Source: Camelus ferus (lineage: Eukaryota). From it: a stretch of 64,000 nt of DNA. The notes under the pieces are model-generated. The model saw only the letters and a program-made list of their open reading frames with translations. It was not told where the DNA came from and made no database searches. Positions 52,020-63,453 of this stretch are shown here, piece by piece. A program made the position numbers and the translations under genes. Numbering within the stretch: position 1 is the stretch's first letter; each line of letters opens with the position of its first letter. Location of the stretch: positions 15,750,001 to 15,814,000 of the forward strand of contig NC_045697.1 in assembly GCF_009834535.1 (NCBI RefSeq), in the 5' to 3' direction.

Positions 52020-52900
52020 ATAATTATTGTTGTTAAAATGTCAGTTCTACCCAAAGTGAACCACAGATTCAGTGCAATCCCTATCAAAATTTCAATAGCA
52101 TTTTTCACAGAAATACATAGAAAAAAATCCTAATATTTTTATTGATCCATAAAAGACCCCAAATAGCTAAAGTAATCCTGAGAAAGAAGAATAATCACAC
52201 TTTCTGACTCTAAATTATATTACAAAGCTATAGTAACCAAAATAGTATAGTATTGTTTAAAAACAGGCAGACCAATGGAACAGAATAGAAAGCCCAGATA
52301 TAAACCCATGTATATTCAGTCAACTAATTTTTGACAATTTCACCAAGAATATATAATGGAAAAAAGAAAGCCTCTTCAATATATGGTGTTGGGAGAACTG
52401 GATATCCACAAGCAGAAAATGAAATTGGACCCTTACCTGATGCCATACAGAAAAGTCAACTCAAAATGGATTAAAGACTTAAACATAAGACCTGAAACTG
52501 TACAATACTACAAGAAAATCATAAAGGAAAGACTCTTGGACACTGGTCTTGGCAATGATTTTTTGCAAATGACACCAAAAGCACAGGCAAGAAGAGCAAA
52601 AATAAGCAAGTGGGACTATATCAATCTAAAATGTCTCAACACAGCAAAGGAAATAATCAACAAAATGAAAAAGCAGTCTATGGAATGGGAGAGAATATTT
52701 GCAACCATATATCCAATACTGGGTTAATATTCAAAATATATAAGAAACTAACACAACTCAATAGCAAAAAGAAAAGCAAAAAATAAAAACCTACCCGATG
52801 TAAAAGTGGGCAAAGGACCTGAATAGATATTTTGCCAAAGAAGACATACAAATGGCCATTAGGTATATGAAAAGATGCTCAACATCACTAATTATCAGAG

Positions 52901-53236
52901 TGTAAAAAATTAATAAACAGAAACCTCGGTTAAATAGAGCTGGGAGACCAGAAGAGGGAAATCTCACACCATGCGATAACAGAGCCCAACAGGAAGAAGA
53001 AAGCCTCCTCTTCTTTCCTGGCAAGAACCCAGCCAATGAAAAGCCATGGACTCTTTGTTTACCAAATCCTTCCCAACTTCCTTTTCCCTCTATAAAAGTG
53101 TTCTCCTTCCCTTGCCATGGGGAACCTTGCTTGCAGCTCACCATGGTTGCAGACCTCGAATTGCTGTTGCCTGCTAATCATGAATAAACCCATTTACGGG
53201 AGAAATATCTGGCAGCCTATTTGTTTTAGGTCAACA
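52901..53236 (+). mobile_element. ERV1 solo LTR inserted in L1 ORF2
   Basis: TG..CA ends, 4-bp TSD agag/aggg, CCAAT 53033-37, TATAAAA 53091-97, AATAAA 53183-88; interrupts L1 attatcag|ggaatgcaaatc. Confidence 0.88.
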
Positions 53237-53710
53237 AGGGAATGCAAATCAGAAGCACTGAGGTATCACTTCGTGCTTGTTAGGATGGCTATTATCAAAA
53301 AGTCAAAAGTTAACAAGTATTGATGAGGATTAAAGAAAAAGGGATACTTATGCATCGGTAGTGGTGCAAATGGTGCAGCCAATGGAAAGTGAGAGTTCAA
53401 TTAATGAGTCCAGTGACACATTTACACAGACTTCTCGAGTTAACTATGGAAGACTTCGCAAAAAGCAAGAAACCCTGTAGGAACAGATAGTTCTAAAATT
53501 AGGAAATTTCCATCTCTTAGTAAGATGTCTTTTTTTACCCAATGTGATGTGAACACTAAGGGAATTTTGAATAAATGTGAAATGAAAAAATGGAATGATA
53601 ATCACTTCTTTATATTTCTTCCTAGATTCGTCACCAAAGAGTTCATGCTGGACATCACAATTCATCCTTGCTCACTTATTTAACATGCTTTTTGAGTCTC
53701 TCTCTTTATG

Positions 53711-54960
53711 TTTTAACAGCTTTACTGAGGTATAATTTACTTACAATAAAATTCACCTATTATAACAACAATGTAATAATTTTTAATAAATTTACACAGT
53801 TGTGCAACCATCTCCATAACCCAGGTTTTGAACATTTTATCAACCAAAATAGTTCCTTTGTGTCTATTTACACTGGACCAGTACAGTCCTAGGGAATCAC
53901 TGATCTGCTTTCTGTCTAAGAATTTGCTTTTCTGGAAATTCCATTTACATCATACAATATTTGTAGTCATTTGTGTCCAACTTTTTCCATGAAGCATAAT
54001 GTTTCTGAGGCTCATTCATGCTATAGTATGTAAAAGTAATCTATTCTCTTTTATTCGTGACTAGTATTCCATTGTATGCATATACCAGCTTTGTTTGTCT
54101 GTATACCAGTGGATAGATACTTGGGTTGTTGCCAGTTTGGGGTTATTATGAATAATGATGCTATGGTCATTTACATCGTAGGGTGGACATAGTTTTCATT
54201 TCTCTGAAGTAATACTTACTTGATGGAATTACTGGGTTGTGTGTTAAGTCTATGTCTTAACTTTTTAAGAAACAGCCACATTGGTTCCCAAAGTTTCCAA
54301 ACTGTTTTTCACTAGCAAAGCATTGGAGACCCAGATTTTTCATATCCTCACTAATCTTTGGTACAGTCAGTCTTTTTGATTATACTCTGGCTCACATAGT
54401 TTTAATTTGCTCTTCTCTGAGGATTACTGATAATGAACATCTTTTCAGTGTTTATCATCATGTATATATTTTCCTTTATATCCATTCAAATCTTTTGTCT
54501 ATTTTTTTTTTAAACTGGATTGTTTGGCTTCTTACTGAGTTTCAAGAATTCTTTTTATATACTGAATAAAATTCCTCTGTCAGATAACTTATCCCAGTCT
54601 CTGTATTCCCTTTTCATTATTTAGCTGTGAATTTTGAAGGCAGAAAGATCTTATTTTTGGTGAAATTTATCAAGAATACCCAATTAATTCTTTCTCTTAT
54701 GGATTCTACTTTCGATATCATGTCTAAGAAATATTTCTCTAATCTAAAGTCATAAAGATTACCTTCTATGCTTTCCTCTAGAATTTTTGTAGTTTTAGCT
54801 CCGACATTTATGTCTGTGATCTACTCTGAGTTAATTTTTATATATGGTGTGAATATGAATCCAAGTTTACATTCTTGACATGTAAGTATCCAATTGTCTT
54901 GGTATTTTCTTTTCTCCATTGATTTGCCCTGAAATCTTTGCCCTCAAATCACTGACCATC
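53711..54960 (-). mobile_element. Old L1 (L1MB8/L1ME1-like) 3'UTR and ORF2
   Basis: ttttaacagctttactgaggtataattt..aaatttacacagttgtgcaaccatc..tagtattccattgtatg..gagttaatttttatatatggtgtga. Confidence 0.87.
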
Positions 54961-54984
54961 AATATGAGAATTTAACTTCTTCTA

Positions 54985-55540
54985 TATTACATTTAATCTC
55001 CTTTCTTCTACATTAAGAATCCTAGTTCTCAGAGACACGGAGGACGACTGAATACCACACAGTACGCTTGCACTTTATCCCATATTATACCCAGTAGTTT
55101 CGAAATAGCAATATATTATTAATTGCAATTTTTATTGAGTATAGTTGTATAATATTATGTAAGTTATAGGTGTACTATATAATGATTTACAATTTTTAGA
55201 GTTTATACTCCATTTACAGTTATTGTAAAATATTGGCTATATTCCCTGTGTTGTGCAATGTATCTTTGTAGCTTATTTTATACAGAATAGCTTGTACCTC
55301 TTAATCCTTCACCCTATAGTGCCCCTCCTCCCTTCCCTCTCCCCACTGGTAACCACTCCTTTGTTCTTTAGATCTGTGAGTCTGCTTCTTTTTTATTATT
55401 TTCACTGACTTTTTGTATTTTAGATTCCACATAGAAGTGGTATCACGCAGTATTTGTTTTTCTCTGTCTAACTTGTTTCACTTACATAATGCTTAGCACA
55501 ATAGTATTAATGATAGCAATACTAATACTACCAACACTAA
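54985..55540 (-). mobile_element. L1MC4/5-like fragment split by a younger L1 tail
   Basis: aatctcctttcttctacattaagaatcctagttctca..gtagtttcgaaatagcaat | agcaatactaatactacc. Confidence 0.5.
55124..55492 (-). mobile_element. Artiodactyl L1 (L1_Art-like) 3'UTR
   Basis: ttttattgagtatagttg..actccatttacagttattgtaaaatattggctatattccctgtg..ccccactggtaaccact..ttagattccacata. Confidence 0.88.
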
Positions 55541-55932
55541 TGTGGTTTTCTGTTCATTTTACAAAGTGTTACCCTGAAACACTGACTGGAAGCCCTGGGC
55601 GAGAGTGAAGCATGCCAGTTAAAGGCTTCACTTTGGTGGGATGTGGCTGCCCTCTTTCCTTGAGAAACTCCCCAAATGCTGTGTCTATTGATCTTTCTTC
55701 TTGGGTTTCAGCTTGCCCTTAAAGGGATTCTTCAGTCTCCGTCCAGGAGGCAGCTCTGGAAACCAAGAGGAAAAGGGGGCTGTACCATAAACACATGTCC
55801 ATGTAGTCCTTTTCAGTGCTGTGCCTCCCCCTAACTGAGCCTCAAGTCTCCAAGTCCTGTGTCTCTCTGGAATGTCTTCATAGAATAGCTGCAGAAAAAG
55901 GCTATTTCCTCTGCTGCTGAATAGGGTCAAAC

Positions 55933-56157
55933 CGGAGATGCGCTAAAGCCAGCTTGAACTGCTCTCTGGAGGTGGCGTGTTCCCTTCCCAAGCCTGTGTT
56001 CAGTAACATTATATTAGTAGCTTGAAATTAGCTATGGTGGGGGTATTTACACCATGAAAATTGGGAAACAGGACTCTGTGTGTGTGTGTGATTTGGTGGA
56101 GGATGGTTATCAGAGGGGCAGGGGGAAGGGAGAGAGCTGGGTACCAGCACATTATTG
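55933..56157. mobile_element. hAT MITE (MER63A-like)
   Basis: gttcagtaacattatattagtagcttgaaattagctatggtgggggtatttacaccatgaaaattgg..taccagcacattattg. Confidence 0.8.
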
Positions 56158-58084
56158 GTTCTTGCTTCTTATTAGACAAATTTTCAACAAACTCTCCAGT
56201 TTCCAACCTTACCTGTAATCTCACGTTTAGATTTTGGAATGCCAGGGACTAAATCAGCTTTCTTCTGGGCTGGCTTCCATGTTTTTCTCCGTTTTGCTAA
56301 GTGTGTTACTACCAGTCCATACACTTTCTATCTTCTCAATGTTTATTGCTGTCATCTCTTTTCCCATTTTTTTTTTTGACTTTGTGAATTCATCCCCACC
56401 TTGTTATTCATTAGAATATTGAAAAGAAGCATGCATTGAACACAAAGTAAATAAGTAGTCATTTCACCATATTTGGTTTTAAGTCCCCTTTAGTTTTGAA
56501 ATGTCCTCTTTGACTCTCTATGTGTATGCCAATACATTCGGGTCCCCTCTTTTTGCTCCCTCAGATCTACCCTGTAGATAGAAAGAGTGGTTTTTTATTT
56601 TTTTTTTTTAAAGTCATTTTGTGTTTTACTGAAGAACACTGTGAAGAAAGATGTAATGAAATGGGCTTCTCATATTTAAATAAACCAAACGTAGTCCACT
56701 CAGGCACAGGATGTGCTCCAAAGTGTTAAATGTTAACTCCCTTCGGAAGTAGGATTTTTCTTTTCTTATTTTTGTTTCTCTGTTCTTGCTAATGTATCTA
56801 CAGTAATTCTTCATTCCTTTTAGACATAAGAAAAAAGTAAAAGTTATTTTAAGTTGACTAATACTCATCCACAGACATACACACATACGCATCCTTCCGA
56901 AAGAAACAAAGGAGTGTTAAGTTAGGACTATTTGAGGGTTTACTGCGTTCAGAGAGGCAGATGTGACGTTAGAACACAATGTGATTCTAAGGTCTAATTC
57001 CAAGTCCTGTTGTGTGTTTCTGGCCTGACCCTCTTTCCTCAAGCAGACATACTTTTTGGGGTTTCTAAAAGCTGAAGATTATTACTTGGATTGTGGTGGT
57101 AAGTGGCAAGGTGCAAACTGTTGTCACTTTGAGTTTCACATTTCTTGGCGTAAACTGAGAAAGACATTATGGCTCTTCCTTACCACGTGAGAATTCCATA
57201 AACACTGAGCACACGTGTGTACGGTAATGCAAACACTTTCCTTTTGTCAGTATGAGCTCCTAGGGTGGCAAGATCATTATCCCTTTTTCTGTAAAAGTGT
57301 GGAATTTTGAAACTCAAGACTTTGTTTCTTACTCTGAGGAAAGTAAGGGGAAAAAAAAACAGCTGAAAGGGACCCTCTCATTGCCTGCTGACTCGTTTTC
57401 TAGTCCCTGTCTCTCTCAGGGATGCCCAATATTTTAACTGTAGTAGAAATTTCTAGGCGTTTCCTATGGGCTGCAGTTCTGGTAATGGCCGATCCGACAG
57501 CTTTCTCCTGACTTGTGAGTGTTAAGGGCACATTTAGAGCCACTTGGGCTGACCAGAGAATGAAGGGTCAGAGTCCATTTTGAGTGACAGCTTTCAAGTG
57601 CTACCGAAGTTATAAAACCCAGACGTGAAACAGGATTTGCAGAGTTCAAAGGGTTTGGATCTATATGTCAGTTTGTCCCTAGAGGACCAGTCATTGACAT
57701 CCTATCTTGGACACACTCCTAAGGCAAGGTGTCAGGCCACCAACAACTGGGCAGCCCTGGCCGGAAGCAAAGTGTGTTCAGAGGAATCTGGACAGTCGGC
57801 CAAGGACTTCCACAGTCGAGGAGCTCGACATGTGGTAATGCCCTTGGATAAGAGTCAGAACTCTCTTGTTTAAGTGAGAATTGTTTGGGATGGTTTCTTC
57901 ATTCTCAGCAAATATCTTAAGGAGAGAAAAAAATCAATTCACAGGATTGAAGGAGTGGGACCGGGTCCTACAATTAGGGTCCAAGTCCTGAGTGGGCCAG
58001 CAAGAGACCAGGTGAGCAGGGAGGCTGCGTGATTCAACAGAGGCCCTCAGGGTCTGAAGAGGCATCAAGCGTATCAGAATCACA

Positions 58085-58250
58085 GCTACCCCGGGCGCGC
58101 TCGGCCTTGGGCAGGCTGACCGACCGCGCACGCTCGTGCTGTGACTGCTGTCACGAAAGGTGTTGTCAGTAAAAGGCTCTGGGCCGTGCCCACCGGCAGC
58201 CATCCTCCGCCACTCTGACGGTGGAGGGGTCCCTTTATCAGCCCCCAATC
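58085..58250. promoter_or_regulatory. Small CpG-retaining GC-rich patch (candidate regulatory element)
   Basis: 14 CpG dinucleotides in ~130 bp (58091-58220) in an otherwise CpG-depleted window; not recognisably TE-derived. Confidence 0.35.
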
Positions 58251-58548
58251 TTAATCTTTTCTTTTTCCTCTGATCTTTTAATTGTTCTCAAAAGTCAATC
58301 TTCATCGAACTTCTTAATCAGGCTAGCTTCTCTTCTTTGAAATTACTTCTCTTTGACAATATCTTAATAGTAACTAAGGCATCCATGCAGAAAATTAGAA
58401 ATGGTTTGCCTGCCTACCTCCCAAGTTCATCCCCACCCCCCACAGTGAGTGGACACTGTTGGCTGGAGCCCCAGGTGTTGAGAGAAGCCGAGGGATGCCT
58501 TCAAGAAAGGAGGAACCTTATTACGTCACTATACCATTCTTGGAATCC

Positions 58549-58652
58549 ATCTTCCCCTCTCCCCCTTCTCTCTTCTCTCTTTCTTTTCTTTTCCTTTTCC
58601 CTTCTTCTTGTCCTCCTCCTCTTCCTCTTCCTCCTCCACCTCCTCCTTCTTC
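58549..58652. repeat. Polypyrimidine (CT/CCT/CTT) low-complexity tract
   Basis: About 100 bp almost purely C/T, followed by an A-rich tract at 58674-58704. Confidence 0.9.
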
Positions 58653-58654
58653 TG

Positions 58655-58815
58655 TATTTATTAAGAAGATATCAAAAAAAAAAAAAACAAACAAAAAAAC
58701 AAAAGCAGCAGCTACCAGGCAAGAGCCTCTGTGCGAGGTATTAGAAAGAGATACAGAAATCAGAGCAATATATTGTTTCTGTTCTAGAGAAATACTCAGT
58801 CTGGTAGGGAAGCTG
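58655..58815 (-). mobile_element. L2 3' fragment
   Basis: tatttattaag..ctac..ctgtgcgaggt..gagatacagaaat..ctcagtctggtagggaag. Confidence 0.5.
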
Positions 58816-58829
58816 CTAAGACATAGTAA

Positions 58830-59048
58830 GTAAAGACTCAGGATTTGGAGTCAGAGAAGCCAAATTCCAAGTTTGCTCTTCTGTATCTTGGCTGTAGGTA
58901 CTTGGGCAAATGATATACCCTTAATGAACCTATGTTTTCTTAGCTGTGAGACGGGGTTCATAATACTCATATCTTATATGGTTGTTGCGTGAGGGTTAAA
59001 TGATATAGAACAGTGTCTGGTACATATTAAGCACTTGAAAATGTTGCC
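58830..59048 (+). mobile_element. MIR SINE
   Basis: tttggagtcaga..cttgggcaaatg..ggttgttgcgtgagggttaaatga..aacagtgtctggtacatattaagcact. Confidence 0.8.
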
Positions 59049-60234
59049 TGATTCAGGGGAGATAAGGTAAAGATACAAATCATTTACATAGAATAAATTT
59101 AACGTCATACAAGTGAAAAATAATGAAAATGAAGCGGCTTCAAAGAATCAGTAATTTAAGGAAAATTTAGGAGAGGCACACAATAGCATAAATTTTATGA
59201 AATAGGTAACTTACAGTTCAAAAACCCAAAACTAAATTAAATGTCTTAAAAGTTCTTCCAGTGAGAGTCAGAAATAATAACAGGGTGCTTCATTTCCTTG
59301 TTAACACTGAAGCTCACTATTACTTTTAATGCTGCCATGTGTGAAGTGAGTGAACAGACAAGATAATGTGGATGCTGGGAAAGACATTAGGATCTGCAGA
59401 AAGTGAAACGTGTCAGAGTCATGACACCCTCTGCTAAGATGTCAGGAACATACATGAGATAAGCAAGAAACAGAGACAGCCCATTGAAAACATCTTTCCT
59501 AGAAAACTTGGTGTTGAAATTGAATACATGCTATTGCAATACATGGAATACTGGGGAATCAGAAGATTCTGGTCATAATGAAAAACTGTGACCTGGAGTA
59601 AAAATATGTCCTGTTTTCAGCCTTAAACTGAGAACCAGTGGGCTCCAATTCTAATCAGTAGCTCCTCTTTATTCCCTATTTAATTTAAAAATACTAGCTA
59701 TGAACACTATGTGCTCTTGTAAGGAAGGGAACCTGCCTCGTACTTTGTCATCTCTCCAGGGAACCCGGCAAGGTGGTGAACACCTTGAAGTCCTAGGAAG
59801 ACTCTTAAGAAGAGTTAGTTGAAAGCTCTTGCTTTCAATGCCAAACTCGAGACCCTCAACAAATGTCGTGGTTGATTGTAGAGACTGAGAAGGGTATTTA
59901 GGAAAAAAAAATTTCCAGAAGAGTATCAGATGCAACATTTTTGTTGTTGTTGTCTTGACCTACAGGGAGATTGCTGATAGATAATTTGATAGATTATCTC
60001 ATGGCCTACAAATAAGTTTTGACTGATTGGTCCAGGTATATGTTCCAGCACATTTTGAGATAAGATGGAATGCCTTTTATCTGCCTCCTGGAGCTCAGTT
60101 CACAGGGACTAGAGTGAATGGTGAAATCAAATTTTCTACCCAGCAAAGCTGAGAACAGTCTCTTGGAGCTGAAATAATTTCATCAAGTCAACGACAATAA
60201 TTATTAGCATCTGTATAGTATTTTATAGACTTCT

Positions 60235-60570
60235 CATTTCTTCATTCAAGACACATTTATTTAGCATCTACTGTGTTCTATGTTTAGCTGCTGTATACTG
60301 TATACTGTGTTTATTGCTACCAGAGAAATAATAACTCTCATATGTTGAGAAGTTGCTATGTCCTATGTCTTTTTCTGAGCTTCTTGTTTATACTCATTGG
60401 ATCCTTACAGCAACCCTCCCACACAGCTAATATCACCTGCATATTACAGACTGTGAAGTTGAGGCATAAAGAGATGGAGGATCCTGCTCAGTGGCCCACG
60501 GCTTGTAAGTAACACAGCTGATGTTCTAACCCAGGTGTGTGTGTTTCAGGCTCTAAGTGTCTTCTGCTCC
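60235..60570 (-). mobile_element. L2 tail (60235-60285) followed by a MIR (60330-60570)
   Basis: ttcattcaagacacatttatttagcatctactgtg; ctcattggatccttacagcaaccct..tgaggcataaagag..gtaagtaacacagctg..aacccagg. Confidence 0.65.
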
Positions 60571-60630
60571 GTGATAGCTACTTTCCAGGGGCTCATGACA
60601 CAAAGGGAACATAGATAAAAAAGCAATTGT

Positions 60631-60795
60631 TTATTTATTTATTTATTTGCTTAATGTTTATTTTTAGGGTTTTTTAGGGGGAGGCAGTTAGGTTTATTTA
60701 TTTATTTTTTAAAAATAGAAATACTGGGGATTAAACCCAGGACCTCATGCATGCTAAGCATGCACTCTACCACTGAGCTATATCCTCCCCTCCTC
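60631..60795 (-). mobile_element. Vic-1-type camelid SINE
   Basis: gggggaggcagttaggtttatttattt..tactggggattaaacccaggacctcatgcatgctaagcatgcactctaccactgagctatatcctcccc; perfect 14-bp TSD aaaaaagcaattgt (60617-60630, 60796-60809). Confidence 0.93.
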
Positions 60796-61149
60796 AAAAA
60801 AGCAATTGTGATATATTAGTGAGAACTAACACAGAGTCATGTGAAGATATGTATGCTATTTATTCCCTAAGTGTGCTGTGTGCTTTGTAAACAATGCTGC
60901 AAGTTCTCATGGCTTTGCAAGCTGTTGCACTCGTTTCTCCCCATCATTAATATTCTCTCTCTCTCTTTCAATTGCTTCCTCTATTTTTGGTGGAGTAAAT
61001 GAGTTTAGCATAGGTTTAATTGACAATCAAAATTATCAGGGTAATAAGTGACTAGGCTAGGATTCAAACACAGGGTTGTCAAGTGTCAGAAATGAAACCT
61101 TCTACTAGGCTTTTTGAATTGTTCAGGCTGTTGGGTGCTATGAGATGGT

Positions 61150-61745
61150 AGGAAGGGTTTACTCAACCCTGCCTGGGGGAGTCCTGGCTGACAAAGTAGC
61201 TCTTGGACTAAGATTTGTAGGGTTAGCAGCCCTGTAGGTGAGTGAGAAGACGGAGGGCATGTAGACTGTAGAACAAGCACATGTAAACACGTCCAGGAGA
61301 GAAGAGCAGAGCTGATTTGGGGAAGAGTAAGTCATTTGCTATGGCTGTTAACATTCAGTGGCTTTGATTTCCCATGACATCATAAGTAAAGCACCGGCAT
61401 AGTTCAGAGAAGTAAGAAAGTACTGCTGACTCTGGGAGAATTAGATAAGATCTCATAGGAGTGACATTTGAACCTTGGAGGATGAGTAAGACTTGGACAG
61501 ATGGAGATGGAAAGGGAAAAGCCTTCCACGTGTCGGGAATAACATTAGAAAAGGAATAAATGAATATTCAGTCTGTAAACAGACATCATGACTCATCACT
61601 CAGTTTGACCAGACTTGGGGAAATAAGACTGAGAAAGGATGGTTTCCAGTTCCAGGAAAGCCTTGACTGTCAGGCAAAGGAACTTTATTTTACTTGTGGA
61701 AACCACTGGTGGAGAGACAGGAACACAACTGTGCTTTAAGAAGTT
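61150..61745 (-). mobile_element. Degraded L2 fragments
   Basis: Purine-rich L2 motifs: gtgacatttgaaccttggaggatgagtaag, gcacatgtaaac, gccttgactgtcaggcaaaggaacttta. Confidence 0.55.
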
Positions 61746-62149
61746 GGAAGTTGATACAGAATTAATTTGTAACACCCTTTAATAAAAACCATTGTCGGAA
61801 TAATTGTGGTAAAAATCAACACTGAGACAAACAACCAAACTGACTTTTGTATCACATTTTTCAGTTTATGAGTTTTCAGCTAAGGATTCATTTGATCCTG
61901 ATTAATCATGGATGCCAGCAGATGAGGACCCTTGAGTAACAGAGATTTTAAGAGTTGTTCCTAAACTCACTCTGTTCTTACAGAGTGCATTCAGACCTTC
62001 TGACTGCAGGCTCACTGCCTTCTGAGAATCCTCACAGTGAGTACCGGCATTGTACATTTCTTTGTTTTCTTCTTCAGATCATCTTGTTCTTCTTCCCAGA
62101 AAGAAATTGATAAAAGTCTGCAATGTCTGTTCCCGCGTAAACGATAAAA

Positions 62150-62330
62150 GCTAACAGAAACGATTATATATATCAGGCACAGTTATGAATGTTCTCTGTG
62201 AATGAGATAAAGTAATCCTAACAACTATCCAAAGTAGGTATCTTTTCCATTTTGTAAATAAGGTAATGGAAGCCTAGTTTGCCCCGAGTACTTGTAGCTT
62301 TAAGTGGCAGAGCCCGGATTTGAACTCATG
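62150..62330 (-). mobile_element. MIR SINE
   Basis: caggcacagtt..aatcctaacaact..gtaggta..ccattttgtaaataagg..taagtggcagagcccggatttgaactc. Confidence 0.65.
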
Positions 62331-63421
62331 GAGGAGGGCATGTCTGTGAAACCTTGTGTCACCATGCCTTACTGTTTTCCCAAGAGCAAGAGGTTTTTTT
62401 TGGGGGGGGTGGGGCGGGGGGGTTGGTTAGTTAGTGTAAATGCAAAATAAGCAACATCTTAAAGACAATTATTTCTGGGCTTGACCAGAATATCCATAAT
62501 AATGCTTCGTAACGATCTAATAATAATCTAATCACAATGTATATCTATACAGTGATTTATTTGAAAGTAACAATTCAGATTTATAGATTTTCCAGTAGCT
62601 GTTAAGCAGGCCTCTGTAACATTCTGATTCTTCTATGAGCACCTTCTAGCCAACCTTGAGTTGTGCATGGTGAGAGCAAATACCAGGCAATGGTTCCATG
62701 ATCTACTCTCATTGGTGTTAGCAGTTGGTAGCAAGTGTCTTAAATTCCTTCTGTATAAAGATAAGGAAAGCAGAAATAATCTCTAAGAAGCTCTCTGTAG
62801 ATAAGAACAACCAATATTCTCCTTTTCTTTGTTTTCTTTTTACATCATTCTGTCAATAGGTACATCCACCCACTGATGTGATGCTTGTCAAGGGCATTAG
62901 ATCCAGCTTGTTGAATTGTTTCACTGGAGTGACTTACATACACCATGAACAGGCCACAAATCATGATGTCTAGGGTCTGGGCTTGTCCACTAACAGAAAA
63001 TTAAATTTTGCTGATGGAATACATCTGAATCACATCTGAATGATAGTTTATCTAATTTATGATTTTAGAAAAGATAAAAAGAGATATCAAGTTGAAAAAG
63101 AGAATAACCAAGATGATTCATGGAAAACGAATTTGAGAAAAATGTGTGCTTAGAGAGCTGGGAAAAGCAGTAGTCTTTTGTTTGCTTGTTTGGTTGTTTT
63201 GTTTTGTTTTGTTTTTGCATTAGCCAAACCTTGTCTCTTTCCTTCTAATCCTCCCTTCCCTCCTCACCTGCCTTACTCAAGAGAACTATCAGAGTGCAAG
63301 TTCAGGTCCTTTGTAGATGTCAGGATAGTTAAGACAGGGCCCAAGTACTCAAAGAGCTTACAATCTACCCTTGGAAAGAGACTGTGAGCATCTCTTATAC
63401 ATGGCAAGCAGTCTCTGGGGG

Positions 63422-63453
<32 letters not shown>

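Larger units (their letters stand above)
50104..53388 (+). mobile_element. L1 (L1M2/L1MA-type): 5'UTR (50104-~51250) fused directly to ORF2 RT and downstream sequence (~51250-53388); ORF1, EN and 3' end absent
   Basis: GC-rich start gagtgatgt..caagatggagtaggagaccc..aagaacaataattagac resembles an L1M2 5'UTR; then [15 protein letters not shown] (RT motif) and MKLDPYLMPYRKVNSKWIKDLNIRPET..KWDYINLK. Confidence 0.85.

Noticed and set aside
58205..58227. CTCF site in the CpG patch
   Set aside because: The best alignment to the CTCF core has four or more mismatches.
58337..58833. Leu/Phe-rich 'transmembrane' and Pro-rich ORFs
   Set aside because: They are translations of a polypyrimidine tract and an A-rich tract.
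61984..62036. 53-nt micro-exon (cttacag|...aca|gtgagt) and a nearby acceptor at 62077
   Set aside because: Not frame-preserving, the acceptor overlaps MIR-like sequence, and such motif pairs are expected by chance in 64 kb.
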